From Hydrolagus colliei (lineage: Eukaryota), in NCBI GenBank assembly GCA_035084275.1, contig CM068750.1, positions 9,176,001 to 9,240,000 on the forward strand: 64,000 bases of DNA, given 5' to 3'. This document shows, one piece after another, positions 27,291-40,713 of this stretch. The stretch's first letter is position 1. Each line of letters begins with the position of its first letter. The notes beneath the pieces were generated by a model, which was not told the origin of the DNA, ran no database searches, and worked only from the letters and a program-made list of their open reading frames with translations. Both the position numbers and the translations under genes were made by a program.

Positions 27291-28397
27291 TATGCAGCAT
27301 TCAACATTATTGTAAGACATTCCTAAATGGTTATTTTCATCATAAAATTTGTAAATTCATTGAGTTAAATTGTTATTTGTTCTTGTTAATTGGGCCTTTT
27401 CCATTCCCTACAAACAAATTGTATGATATCATAAATCTAATATGGCACATACAGTTTAATAATTGTGGCCGTGCTGTTGAGTGATGAAATGCAAGAACGC
27501 TAACCTCAAAAAGCCCTGCAAACCAGCAGAAAGATGCCTGGAATGCACATTTTACAACCAGAGAGCTTTTGTTCCTGTGACAACTATCTGTCTGTGATTA
27601 TTCACAAGCAGTTCTATGTGGCTGCTTTCCCAATCTCGCACCTGCATGAAATCATAAAATAAAGTCTATTTAAAAAAAATGTTTTAACCTCATTAAACTG
27701 ATCTCTTATCATTCGATTAGATGTTATAGTGGTTACTCAGCTCCTGAAAATTAAACAGTCTAAATAATTGCTACAGGAATAGTGCAGGTTGGTCAAAGCT
27801 GCATTGTGTTAGAGTCTGGTCCGCTTGATTCATTGCTTGCAAAATATCTAACTGATGAGTTGGGAGTCAGCTGTAAAAGAGAATTCAATGGTAACAAGGG
27901 ACTTGGAAATAACAAAGTAAATCATGACCATCAGTGATCACTGGAACACAAATCATTTCATAATCTCTGAGTATTAGAACAGAATATGTTTTTAGGAAGA
28001 AATTATACGAAACAATATTTCAGTGATAGTTGAATTTATTTTACTGCAATGAAAATCATAAGATTATAACATTCCTTGGAGGTTCTAATCTTTACTATTG
28101 AGATTGGCTTCTCTTATATTCATACTTTGTGGCTAAACTGCTCAACTGATACCATTGCAGTTCTGCTCAACAACGAAGATATTCTCATTACAGAGCAAGG
28201 TAACTTCAAATGTTATTGTAACATTATAAATGCATTTACCCATGATACTTTCGGCAATGAAAGCTCACTTACACTTCAGCAACTGGATTAAAATTTTGGA
28301 TGCATTGTGATGACCTTTTTGTGTTGTGCCAGTTCTTGCTTATGTTATGACGTTGCTAAGATATGTACAGTACTTCTACAATTTATTTGCTTTCCAG

Positions 28398-28486
28398 AGA
28401 GGCCAAGGTGACGAACTGCAAAAGATAAAGACATATTACGAAACCTCTAAAGAGGACAATAAGAAGATCCTGGATAAGCCAGAACA
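28398..28486 (+). CDS. FMN1: Formin-1 FH2 exon (RGQGDELQKIKTYYETSKEDNKKILDKPEQ)
   Basis: tttccAG acceptor, CA|GTAAGA donor; 89 nt, phase 0 to 2; LDKPEQ motif. Confidence 0.95.
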
Positions 28487-30197
28487 GTAAGACCCTTATT
28501 GTACAAATTAAGTGTACCTGTGACCACCTATAATAATGCAGAACAATCCATCTTTAGAGCTGTAAAGCCATAACATTGATTAAATAAATGCAAAACACAA
28601 CATATGTATTGTTACATAAATGATGGATACCACTGAAATGGAAATGCTTGAAAACAAATGTTTTGCTGGATACCAATTGCTTTCTGAAAGATTCTTGAAG
28701 TGTGTACATGAAGCCACAAGTCTGTAGCTCTACTCTTTTTGTACTGCTCTATGAAACATTGTTATGTAGAATATAAGTGCCCTCCATACTTCTATGTGCA
28801 AAGTCTCTACTATTATTATTAATCATTACAGTAATTTAAAGTTTAAGGTTAGCTAATTGAACTTTTCCAATTCTAGTTTTGGGGAAAAGTAGAGAAATGC
28901 ACTTTAATTTTTTTCCCTTATTGGACTATTAACATACTGTATCTACCTTTCCACTACTGCCTTGAGCTAGAAATTAATTCAAAATGTCCATTTGGGGGCG
29001 ATATACATAGGGCACAAGAAGAGGAGGTCGCACAGTTCTGGCTGAGTTATTCTTTTCCACTGAGGGAGTCACTTCTGAGAGATTTTTCTCTCCCATACTG
29101 ACTTCAAGCTCTGTATTCCAGAAAGCTTTGCTATCTATTTTAAATAACAACTATTTTGTTTATAAAATTACAAGTTGCAGCATGTGGTAATTCTTCTCCT
29201 ACCTTTGAAAGTTCTGCCTGATATAACAAATGCTTTGTTCTAATGTAAATGCAGGGCAGGGGAGGCCATCTGTGTGGGTGATTTTTATCCAGTTGTACGT
29301 GCTGCACAAGACTTTTAACAGGACTCTAGAATCTGTAAAGAGTGGAGAAATATGAGAATGACCTGGGAAAAATAAACCTTAAGTAGAATTGATGAAGTGT
29401 ATGTTACTATTGTATTGTCTTGAGGAATTCCTTTGTTGACTGAGCCCTTGTGACCTCAAGATGCTCAGTAAAGAAACAGAGCATAAATTCTATATGTGAA
29501 TTTGTGGCCTTGGGATGTCCTCCCAATGTAAAAGGAGCTGTATAACCGTAAATTTATCATTTGGATTGAATGGCACACAGGAGAGCACATGTTTCTTCCA
29601 TTCCAAATATGTTCTATACAGAACAAAATGTGATGATGATGATAATAATAATAATAATCCTTACATTTCACATCTTTCAAATCAGAAGGGTCTCCCAAAA
29701 TGCTTCCTGGGGTATTCTATGGTGTAGTGACTGAATTTGTGTACGCAAAGGCAACGGTGAGTTTAATAAATAACAATAATAATGATAGTCCTATAAACAG
29801 ACATGATGAATCTGATAACAAGTAGAGGAATGTCTTGGGTGTGGATGAGGAGCTGCTTCATCCACGGACACAACTGCCAGCAACAGATCAGGGAAACCAA
29901 TGTCCCAGGAATGGATTGACCAGTTTATTCACTAAGGTCAGGAAAGTGTTGATCTACATACATAGAGAGACAATTTAAATAATTGCTCAGTAAGACATTC
30001 ATTTATGGGGTACAGTACAATTATTTTTAATAATAATAATAATGGATCTGACCATCCTGTAGTTCAAAGTCCCAGTAGAGTTCATGTGGGAAGATATATA
30101 AAAAATTCTAGTACATTATTATAACCATTGCTATATTTTCTTGTGATTGCAAAACAAAATTTATACCTGATACCAATCAATTATCACTTTCCCACAG

Positions 30198-30327
30198 GTT
30201 CTTGTATGAATTATCGCAGATTTCTAATTTTGCTGAACGTACCCACTGTATCATATTCCAGTCCATTTTTCTGGAAGGCACCTCCTCACTACACCGCAAA
30301 GTAGACATCATAGAGCTTGTGAGCAAG
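30198..30327 (+). CDS. FMN1: Formin-1 FH2 exon (FLYELSQISNFAERTHCIIFQSIF...LHRKVDIIELVSK)
   Basis: ttcccacAG acceptor, AAG|GTATGA donor; 130 nt, phase 2 to 0. Confidence 0.95.
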
Positions 30328-31689
30328 GTATGATTAGTTATATAATGTACTTAAGACTAAATCCAAGATTTATTTGGAAGCACGAAATACCCTTGCTAAC
30401 TTGCTGAATTTCTTGTTGGCGTCTTTCTATTATACCACTGACGCTCTGTAATCAGAAACAGAAATGCTGAAAACAATAGTCTTCATAATCTTTATAGTTG
30501 CTGGAGTAAGACGATGGGTAAAGTGATACAACTAACTTATTGGCAGAGGTTTGAGTTTGATGTATAATTTACATTGCTGGAAACGATGCAATATTGCGTC
30601 CAGCACTGGAAGGATTCCAAGCAGGTAGCAGGATTTACTCCCCTTTCCCAATCCTCGTATGGGAGCCAATGAGGGCTCTGCACCTATACATAGTTGTGAT
30701 GCTTTTCCTTATTTTGATGACATTGGAACAGGGTCACTTGGGGCATTCTTGGGAGGTCTAATGAAGATTGAATTCAGAAGATTTCGGAGAGTGGGCCAAA
30801 TCAACTTGCACCCCTGCGTATTTCTTACTGAAATCAACCTCTCAACTGACTCCAGTTGCTGGGCTCCAGTGTAATTCATTAATCACTGTGTAAATTGTTG
30901 ATCTTGGTACTCAAACTCTATTTAAAAGGTGGGGGTGGGCGGGGGGTGGGGTTGTGATAAATTTTGTAAATACCATAGACCAAACTGCACACTTTTTGCA
31001 ATATTCAGCACCAGACAATGCTTGTGTAAATTTGTCTTACCAACTCCCCCCCACCCACCCCCAACAAAAAAAAAAATCTCTTTTTGACAACTGTTGAAGA
31101 TCACAACACAACTAAGTTCAGGCTTTCTCACTGTAGTAAATAGCCATTAGTAACCACATCACAAGATATTCTGGGTCGTTTGGTTTTGGATACATTGTAA
31201 GAGCAGGGGAAACAGTGCTAGGTGCTTGGCTAGAAAGATAAATTCCTACACCTCAACATTTAAGCACAAAAAAAAGGCATTGAGTTTGAGGGAGATGTTA
31301 ATTTTTCTGCTCTCTGAGCTCAATATAGCAAACTTGTTAATGTGGGCAAAGCACAGTACTGCCCATTCATACCTTTGATGCCGATCATGAATTTAATGCT
31401 GAGGACATAATCTAGTCGTAGGATGTTAACTTTCTAATAATGTAGCATGACATTCAGAAGCTCAGTTAAAGTATATATTCAAATGCCTTTAGATTGTACC
31501 ACTCTTCATGATAATCTTCATTGTGTGTACCTGAGAGAATATGGTAGACATTTTGTTGACTTTTTTAAAAAAAAAGCCAGGAGGAAATTCCTGAGCTATC
31601 AGTGCTGGCTCCTCTTTGGATTCGCTTCAGCTCTAAAATATAAAGCCCAGTCACAAGAAGTGACTAAGAGACTCCAACAGATCCCTTTA

Positions 31690-31772
31690 TAATCATAGGA
31701 ACAGGAGTAAGCAATTCAGCCCCAGAGCCTGTTTCTGCCATTTTATTTGATCATGGCTGATCTGCACCTCTG
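31690..31772 (-). mobile_element. CR1-type 3' end
   Basis: cataggaacaggagtaagcaattcagccc...gatcatggctgatctg; a similar piece lies at 62926-63020. Confidence 0.55.
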
Positions 31773-32318
31773 TAATCATCAAGAATAATGGGGTAGTTCA
31801 GTGGATATATTTTTCCAATCACATATGGAATTTGTTGTAGGCAAACAAATCGACTTATTTGATTAAGTTCTACAATTTCAACAATTTAGCTTCTTGGAAC
31901 TTGCTTAAAGGAGGTTATTGATATCAAAACTGCTGATAAACTTGCCCAATGGATGGAATTCATACAATTCATATAGGATGGAAAAGTACATTTGCAGGGT
32001 TAAAACATTCTGATTGAAGAAAAAGCAATAGAACTGAATTACGCATAAATAAATAGGAGATATTGAAGGGCAATTTAATGATATTTATTAATGGGGTTCT
32101 CTCATGAGAAATCTGAATCGTGCTGAAAGTGACTGTGCGTTTAATTAACTGATTCAGAATAAGTAAGTTCAAAAATATCGGAACTACTTTGACGACCTCC
32201 TGGGGGCTATGCCAGTTGCAGTAATTGACTTGTTATGTGCCTAACAAAGATGCACTGAAATAAATGAAGAATTTGTATTTCTCCTGGGTGAATAATAACT
32301 GGAGCTTTACATTTGCAG

Positions 32319-32465
32319 AGTTTGATGAAACGAGAAAGTGTGAAGATTGTGCTTGGACTGATCCTGGCCTTTGGAAATTACATGAATGGTGGGAACAGGA
32401 CCCGTGGCCAGGCAGATGGATTTGGTCTGGAAATTCTTCCAAAGTTAAAGGATGTCAAAAGCAGA
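32319..32465 (+). CDS. FMN1: Formin-1 FH2 core exon ([49 protein letters not shown])
   Basis: Hallmark GNYMNGG...GQADGF motif and conserved post Lys (KDVKS); atttgcAG acceptor, AGA|GTATGT donor; 147 nt, phase 0 to 0. Confidence 0.97.
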
Positions 32466-32628
32466 GTATGTTACATCTCTCTTAATTTTCAGACCGAAAA
32501 CAATATGCAATATCTCGAATTTACGTTTAGGAATTAGCCGTTCTAAGTAACACCTGAATTCGGTGAGTGAGAATCCCAAAGTATTAGGAGGTATCATTGT
32601 TCTATTGTGATTCTTTGATTCAATAAAA

Positions 32629-32809
32629 GTGGTGGAGGCCGATTCGATAACAACTTTTTAGAGAGGTAGACATTTATTTGGGGAGGACAGGTTTGCGAGG
32701 TTATGTGGAGAGAGCTGGGGAGTGGGATTAAATTGCTCTTTTCAAAGAGCCAGCACAGACTCGATGGCCAAATGGCCTCCTTTTGTGCTTAAGATTCTAT
32801 GATTCTATG
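32629..32809 (+). mobile_element. CR1-clade LINE 3' end with (ATTCTATG)n tail
   Basis: gtggtggaggccgattc...caaagagccagcacagactcgatggccaaatggcctcc...gattctatgattctatg. Confidence 0.8.
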
Positions 32810-34102
32810 GGTGTGCACCAATAGATGGTAAATGCCAATATTTATTGCAAAACATAGACTGGCACAGTTCAATATTTAGATCATAATTTAACTAACTATA
32901 TTTTCTTGAAATAATAAATGTCAGTGTTTTTGTGCACTAATGTATGTCTGGAATAGAAAACAGCTGTATTTTCCTAAGTTCAGTGAAAACATATTATGAG
33001 TATTTCTTGTGACTTATGTAGCTTTATAATCAGGGAGTAGCAAAAGGTCAAACAACTATGAGAGTGTAGCTAAAGCTATTTATTTTGTTTGAATGTGGCA
33101 GCTGTTATGATTATCAAGAGCATTTGGTGGTGTTGCAATTTTGGAATCTCTGAATCTGAAATGTTAATCTGATTTCTTCATCACTGTTCCATTGTGCACA
33201 TTCGTGGATTTTAAACTCTGAATGTATGGTTAAGAGACCTTGTCTGCATTGTGCCATTCTCAACCATCCAAACATGCCACCCAACAACATATAAGGCAAA
33301 AGTGGAATAATTGAAGAGATGGCAATGGGGCACACATTTCTTTGAATCTAATTCCTACTTGTAACATATTCAACATAAGAAAATGCCTGATAAATACATT
33401 GCAGAAATAAGCCAATATGTAGATGTCATAATTTTTGCTTCACGTGAATTTCTTATTTTGTACTATTTATCCCACTGTTTATCTCGTTGGTGAATGAAAC
33501 ACAGCAACTATGATACCAGACTGTAAAATGTGCGAGAGTACAACCTTTACAAATTAATTCTTGTTTGCATTGTCTGCATTTCTTTGGGCTGAAGATTTTG
33601 CTTTGTCTTGATATCTTGCATTATGGATTTTCTTTTTCAAATGAATAATTTGGGGGGTTGAAAAGAAATCAGATAACTGAGGGTTATTAATTCTACAGAA
33701 AATCGCACTGAAGAAATCCATGGAAAATTGAACATTCAAGCTCAATGATCTTCCCTTGTCTGAAACTATTACTATGTTAAAGGTGGTTTTATTGAATTCC
33801 CATTTACTACTCAATTTTAAATTTAGCTATGCTTTTAAATTTGGTAGTGTAAATTATGTGTGGAATACCTACTGGAAGGAACGGGAAAGTAAAGTAATCC
33901 TGAAAAAAAATGGGGAGAATTGTTGATGCTGGTATTCTGTGTTCAGAGAAAACAGAGATGTTTCCTATTTGATTGGGCTACTCCTGTGCTAGTTATCCAA
34001 TGGTGAATAAACATTGCTAGAAAGCATAATGCTTTTGTGGAAACGACACTTTCACTGTATCCCTGATATTCTGAATTCTAATCCTTTATTTTACTCTTTT
34101 AG

Positions 34103-34162
34103 GATAATCAGATCAGCCTTGTGGATTACGTTGTATCCTATTATTTGCACAACGTTGACAAG
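34103..34162 (+). CDS. FMN1: Formin-1 FH2 exon (DNQISLVDYVVSYYLHNVDK)
   Basis: ctcttttAG acceptor, AAG|GTAATT donor; 60 nt, phase 0 to 0. Confidence 0.95.
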
Positions 34163-34528
34163 GTAATTGATGGATCTTCAGCCAAGTTTTAGAAGGTTCT
34201 GTGACCACTAAAGCTCCTCTTGTTTTACAGTTTTCAAACTGGATTTCCTTTCTCAGTACTGTATGTCCAACTGTTGCTTTGGCTTTTTATTTTCCTCCTT
34301 AAAAAAATGTAAAGGATTACTAGTGCCCGAGGAAGATAGCCTAATGAATAATACATCAAATTAGCCCTAATGTAAATCAAAGCAGATTTTAGGTTTTTTT
34401 TAATGGGCAGCAGTTTGGGCAATAGTTGGACCCGTTTTGAACCATTTCACTATTAGAACAAATGATGTGTCCTTAATTTTCCTTTGTCAAAGCTGAACAG
34501 TGAGAGTTTCTTTATTAATCTGTAACAG

Positions 34529-34649
34529 GATGCAGGAACAGACCAGAGTGTGTATCCTTTGCCAGAACCACAGAACTTCCTCCTGGCTTCCCAAGTTAAG
34601 TTTGAAGATCTTACGAAGGAACTTAGAAAGTTGAAAAGAGACCTTGAAG
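34529..34649 (+). CDS. FMN1: Formin-1 FH2 exon ([40 protein letters not shown])
   Basis: tgtaacAG acceptor, G|GTACGT donor; 121 nt, phase 0 to 1; PLPEPQ motif typical of FMN1/FMN2. Confidence 0.96.
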
Positions 34650-36224
34650 GTACGTATCGAACCTTTTTAAAACATATAATAGAAGGCATAGTTACGTGTT
34701 GTAACGAGTATATAAATGAGATTGAACAGGATGTCCCCATGATATCTAAGGATAAAACAACAAAATCCTACCCAGTAAAGCCCACTAAATGCAGATATAT
34801 TTTAGTTGAGTAATGTTCATACTACATCATAATTATTATGAAAGAGCTAGAAATAGGGTAGTGTATCTAAACTGTTTATTGCTGTGATTTCGAATTAAAA
34901 GCTTGCAGCTTCAAGACAAAAATGTTTACATTCGATGCCCACTTAAAAACAAACATATATTTCAGCAAAGTAAGCACTTCCTAGCTTTTAGTAGTACAAG
35001 TCATTTATGAACGAGTACATATTTAAGTGCTCCAAGACGCTACATCACATGAAGAGCGCTCTACAAATGCGAGTTGTCATTGTTGCATTCAATAAAAGTG
35101 AAAAGGCACTTTTATTGGAGAAGATTCTATCGAATCCTGGAGGTCAACAGTGGTAGGAAAGTATCAGTTGTTATTTATTCAACCTGGGCACACAGGATAC
35201 TCTTCTTTTTGCATCCCTTGGCTCCTACAGAACCCTTGGCCTGCCCTCTCTACTGCTAGTTTGTGAAGAAACTTGATCTCTGTTTGATCTCCTCTGCCTT
35301 GTCAGCAGGTTTCCAACATCGAGTCCAGCTACTGTGTCATTTCGACCTACATGTATGCACCTTCCATAATAAATTATAAATGAAAAAGAAAACTAAAGGC
35401 CTTAATTGATAAAACGCTTTGGCTTGTAGCTAAATGTGTTTTAAACCTTTGTTTTGAATTAGCCTCGGTAATTGCAAATGCAGCATCATTTACTTTTTTT
35501 CAAATAAGAAAAATAATTCTAGAAAAATTGAACGAGAACTACAAAAGTTTTAATTAGCAAATTTGGACTTATTTGTATTCACATGTTGTGTAAATAATCC
35601 AAAATTGGACCCAGATTTAAGTTTAGTTTAGTGTATAATTTCCACACTTTACAATCATTTTAATTTATTGTGGCCATTAAAGGGCTGTGGCTGCTGGCAA
35701 AATATCAGTGAAAGTCTAAAGCTAAACCAGATGTCACTAGAGACTGACTCCCAAGAAGCATCGGGCTCGGCTATCCAGACAGACCCACTGGCCTCAGATG
35801 TGAATGATTTGAGTAATATTAACTAGTGTTGCCTGTATTACAGGGCGCATAAGATTTATATTATGGTTTAGTGCTATGGGTAGTTTGCGTGTCAACTCAA
35901 TATAAACGTTCCTTTAAGTGTTACGAGAAAGAATTGTAAGCAGTTTTTCTCACAGGCAAGAGGATTGTTTCCAGGCTCCGGAATTGTGTATCTTTTTCTT
36001 CCTAAGAATATGCTTTTTTTTAACAGAAAATTCAAATGAATAATAATCCTTACATTTAAGTTACGACAGTTTAAGCTAATTTAAACCAGTGATAAGCTTA
36101 TCCTTGCTATTCATTTTCTTTATAAAGCGGTATCTAAATAGAAAATGAAAGCATTCTGCATCAATGTTGGTTACGGAACAAATTACATATGGACACTTTA
36201 CTGTTTTTTATTTTGTATGCTGTT

Positions 36225-36490
36225 ATAATAATAAACCTTGCAATTGATATACCACCCTTCATGTCAGGAGAATGTTCAAGGTGAAATGTAAGGATATGAA
36301 ATGTCGCAAAGCGCTTCACCTGATTCATTGGAAACTGTCATGATTCTGTACTTTTGCGAGCAAACAAACTTATAATAAGGATCCTTGCATTTGAATACAG
36401 AGCTTTTTATGTCTTCTAGACGTCTCAATGCACTTTACAGAATATACTGCAAAGTGAATTCACTGTACAGTATATTTGTGGGCAAACGTA
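36225..36490 (-). mobile_element. Two adjacent SINE 3' tails
   Basis: ataataataaaccttgcaattgatat... and atccttgcatttg...gacgtctcaatgcactttacagaatatac. Confidence 0.65.
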
Positions 36491-37199
36491 TTTAGTTTCA
36501 AACTTCATTATTAATTTGTTTGCATTTTAGCATTGCATGACCTGCTAATAATGCATTAATTCTATCCCACTGAAATCTCTTGTGGAGGTCAGATAGAGTA
36601 AATAGTATTTTCTATCTTCTCTTAACTGAACCTTTATCTCTTCCATAAAGAGAGGAGCATCCCATATTATTTCTATTTGGAATAAAATTACTCACTCTGG
36701 CAGTCTGAAAATTCCATTAAAAAAATCACGTCACCAAACCATCCTTTTGCCTACCTTGCTAACTCAAGGTGTTTGTTGTATGGAAAGAGGGAAACCGACG
36801 CCAGGTACTGGGAACCCAAAGAATCCCCAAACTGGCTGCCACAAAACACAGTCATTCCACTTCACAGTATATACTGTGAAACGCTTTGAGACATCTCAAT
36901 TACATAATAAGGTTCTACATCAAATGCAAAGATTATTATTAACATTTCTGATCTTTAATTAGACCATTTCTGATAGCAGTGACCATTACAATAATGCCGA
37001 CGAACAACTTTCCCTGTCACTGTGGCTCTGTTTCCTTTCTTGTCTTCATAAAAATTCTGTTCATTTCTTAGCATGGAAGCTGACTTCCTAATTCCAGATA
37101 ACTTCAGGTGTCTCATTTCATTATAATTTTTGCTTAGGTCAGAACCAGAATGAAATTGAGGGAACCCTCTAAATAAAGAAATCTAAACATATATCTTTT

Positions 37200-37352
37200 G
37201 GATTTGATATAGTGTCTTATCACTTTGAGACGTCTCAAAGCACTTCACAGAATATACTATAATGTGTTTTGACTAATGTTTTGTGGGCGAAACGTGGCAG
37301 CCAATTGCGCACAGCAGTTTCCCACAAACAGTGGTGGGTTGAGTGACCAAAT
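37200..37352 (-). mobile_element. SINE 3' half
   Basis: gacgtctcaaagcacttcacagaatatac...ggcagccaattgcgcacagcagtttcccacaaacag...gagtgaccaaatt. Confidence 0.8.
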
Positions 37353-40300
37353 TCTTATATATCTAATGAGGAGTAAGGGAGTTAGCTCTATGATCCTCAC
37401 ACAGAGAGAAAACATATTCACAGTAACATTTTTAAGAGACAATGAAACAACAAAGCAGCATCCTAGAGAACTCATCCACCGTCCAGCTGGTTTCTATAGT
37501 TTGGACACCAAATAATAGAAAGGAATCATTTAAATGAATGAAACAGATAGTGAGTAGAGATTCACATTATGAATGCTAATATTCTGATTGTGATTTCACA
37601 AAAGGTGGTTGTGCAATTGCCAACACTTGCCAAATCAACACACATTTTGAAGTGTTTGGCTTACCAGTGTTCTCATTGAGGCATTTAATTCCATGGTATA
37701 AACTGATGATAGCAATGGCCTTATTGACAGGTTTACAAGTGTCCATGGTGTTTAACACAAGCACTTATCTGGTGTCAAAAGCTTCTCCAATAGTCTCGAC
37801 GTCTGTGTGATGAAATTAAATAAGTTTATTTTTCATTTGGTTCTCACAAATGCATCATATTTGGTGCAATATTTATATTCGTACCATAGGTCTAATGCCC
37901 GTGGACTGATTTTAACTTTGGTTGTGGTATTTTTTTAAGCATCTAAGCTGTGATGATTGCAGTGTCAGAGAATAAAAACTGGGGATGCTTGGTGATTGAC
38001 ACCATAATCCACCTCACACATGGGTATAACTAATGATGATGGTCGAGCCTTTGACAGGTTTACAAGTGTCCATGGTGTTTAACACAAGTTCGGCAACCAT
38101 TTCTCTTGTGGACTGTGGGTACAGTGAACTTTGCCAACATCTGCAGTACATATTAAACCTTTTTTTTTCAATTGTATGCCACTACCTTGAAATGCATTTG
38201 TGAAGTCTTATAGACAGCTTCATGAATCCAACTAATCTATTGAGAATTAGTAGTCATGTGTTGCCCTTGATTTTTTTCCCTCTATATGTTTTGTCTTTCA
38301 TTTTATTTTATTCTACTAGACACACAAAAGAATCAAAGCAAATTTCTAGTACATGTTTATGCTAACAGAAGAACGCACAAAATGATAGACTATTCATTGT
38401 TCGGGATAGTCAAAAGAAAGTAGCCTTGTTATAGTTGTGGTGCAGAAATCCTTTTGTCAATGCTCAAGGAGTTAGCTGATCTCATCTACCAAAATAAATG
38501 ATGTGTTATCAATGCTGATCAACTTCTTTAAAGTTTCAAAACAGTGGTCATGTATGCTTCTTTTATGCTTCTTTGCATTGGGCTTGCCAGAGCTGTATTG
38601 TTCTTACATTGATAAAACCTGAACTGGCGCCTGACAAGTTGGATTTCCGGATTTTGTGATGTTAAGGATCTTTCAAGTTAAGTTTCTCAGAACAAAAAAT
38701 ATTGCACAATCATCAGTACTGTAAGATAGCAATAATATTTCTTTGGCAGTGCATCTCCTTACAGTAAACAGTTTTCCCATCCTGATTATTCTGATTAAAG
38801 ATTTTCTTTGCATGTCTGTCTATGTTACCAGTTCTTCATTCAGTGTAAGTGCCTGTTTTTCTTTTTTTGCTTTGAAATTATCATGAAGAAAATCCCCATA
38901 ATTGCAGATAACATCTTATCAAACTGTTCTAGTTTTGAGATCCTCTGATTTTTTTGAATATGAACTAAAAAAAAACCTCAACCCAAACATTTTAATTTGC
39001 AAAACAAACTCAATCACTATTTATTTAGTGTACGTGTCAAGAAATAATCAAATGATATTTTCTGCCAATGCTGGCAGGTTGTTAGATGTTACTAAATCAA
39101 TAACCGTACAAATGCAGGCATGTATTTATGTAATGCATGCACAGACATTTCATTCTTAGTTTGTACAATAACTGTACTGTTGGCTTTGTAATGCTGATAG
39201 GCCTTGCCCTCTGGATTGTGCCTAAGATAATGGGTGTATTATGTCTGCTGCTGGAGACAGGTTCTTGAGCATTTTCTGATTATAGCAAAATTAGAGGAAG
39301 CACAGAGAACAGCGAAAGTGTCGAACATTTATAGGCTGAAAGTGATGTTTGACAGCTTGCATTTCATCAAAGAGGGAAACGCAGTGGAAAATTTAGTATT
39401 CACACACCGTATGTCATTGTGTTAACAGCAACTTTCCGGGTGGAATAGGAAATGACGGGATTGTCCACAATATTTGTTAAGAATTCTGAGAAAAAATTGG
39501 GATAATAATGAAAATTCTTGCATCTGATAGAGCGCCTTGCATGACAGGAGGATGTGCAAGTACTGCATAGGATTCTCTGTAACGTGTAGTGTCTGTGCAT
39601 TTCGTAGTTGAAAGCTGGTTTTCTTTGCATAATTCGTATTTCCTTCCACTCCATTGTGCATCCTCCCTCCTCTTTGTATGGTTTCCATCCCAAACAACTC
39701 TGCTGTGGCTTCTTCTGAGAGGGGCAGTTGTGTTCAGATTCACCATCTGTTACTCTCTTTTCCCTCCAACTTGCCCTTTCGTTGGGCACTAATTCTTTCT
39801 TAAAACGTAGGAGCTATGGGGATTGACAATGAGTGCTGTGGCCCACACATAATGTTACTATACTCCCTCTTCCCTCATTATGACTTTCATAATTCCTCCA
39901 TACTCTCAGTTATCACCTACCTCCCTCCCTCTCAATTTGGTAGATGGGTTATTTTTAAGATCTCCAGAAAACTGTTTTTCCAAATAAAAACATAACTTTC
40001 CACAATTCTAGTGGAATCATTCACAGCGGTAAAACTTTCCAAAATATGCACAAAGATCTGTCTACCTCCTGCACAAAGTTTTGCCTCTTTTACCTTTGTG
40101 TATTTTTTTTCAAAGTCATATCGTTTTTCTTCTGCACCATTTCTAGGCCCTCCTTGTAGCATAAACATCATTGACCATGTAGTTTCACCCTTGGTACTAC
40201 CTTAGCATGTCGGCCGCTGACCTCCCCGTTGGAAAAGTGACAGTATTACTCCATTACTGAGTCTTTCAGGACTTTGAGGGCCTCATTTGAAAATAAGCTA

Positions 40301-40713
40301 TTACGAATTTGCTGTTCAGCAATTTCCTTCTTTGATCTCCCCAATCCACAGCTGTCTTTGGAGTCGTTTTTGAATTTTGCACCACTCTGTCAGCTCATTA
40401 GCTGCTGTAGAACAAGGGATTCATCATTGTTTCTGGTGCATATTTACTGGCTCTGACATTTGCATTGGCGCAAATTAAATCACATTTCTCACAAATAAAC
40501 TTCTAAATGTGATCCTGTTAAAACATTTGTGAAATATCCTTCACTTTGAACTTCTATGAATAATGCAATGTTGTGCCAACTAGAGCTTGGCAATTGACAA
40601 GAAACACTTTCAAACAAATGTATTTCTTGTAATACTAGAAATTGATTGTGGCGTTTCTTGGGGTCTGCTGTCAAATGCGAAGTCCTGGATGAGAGCTAAC
40701 TTTCTGCGGTACG

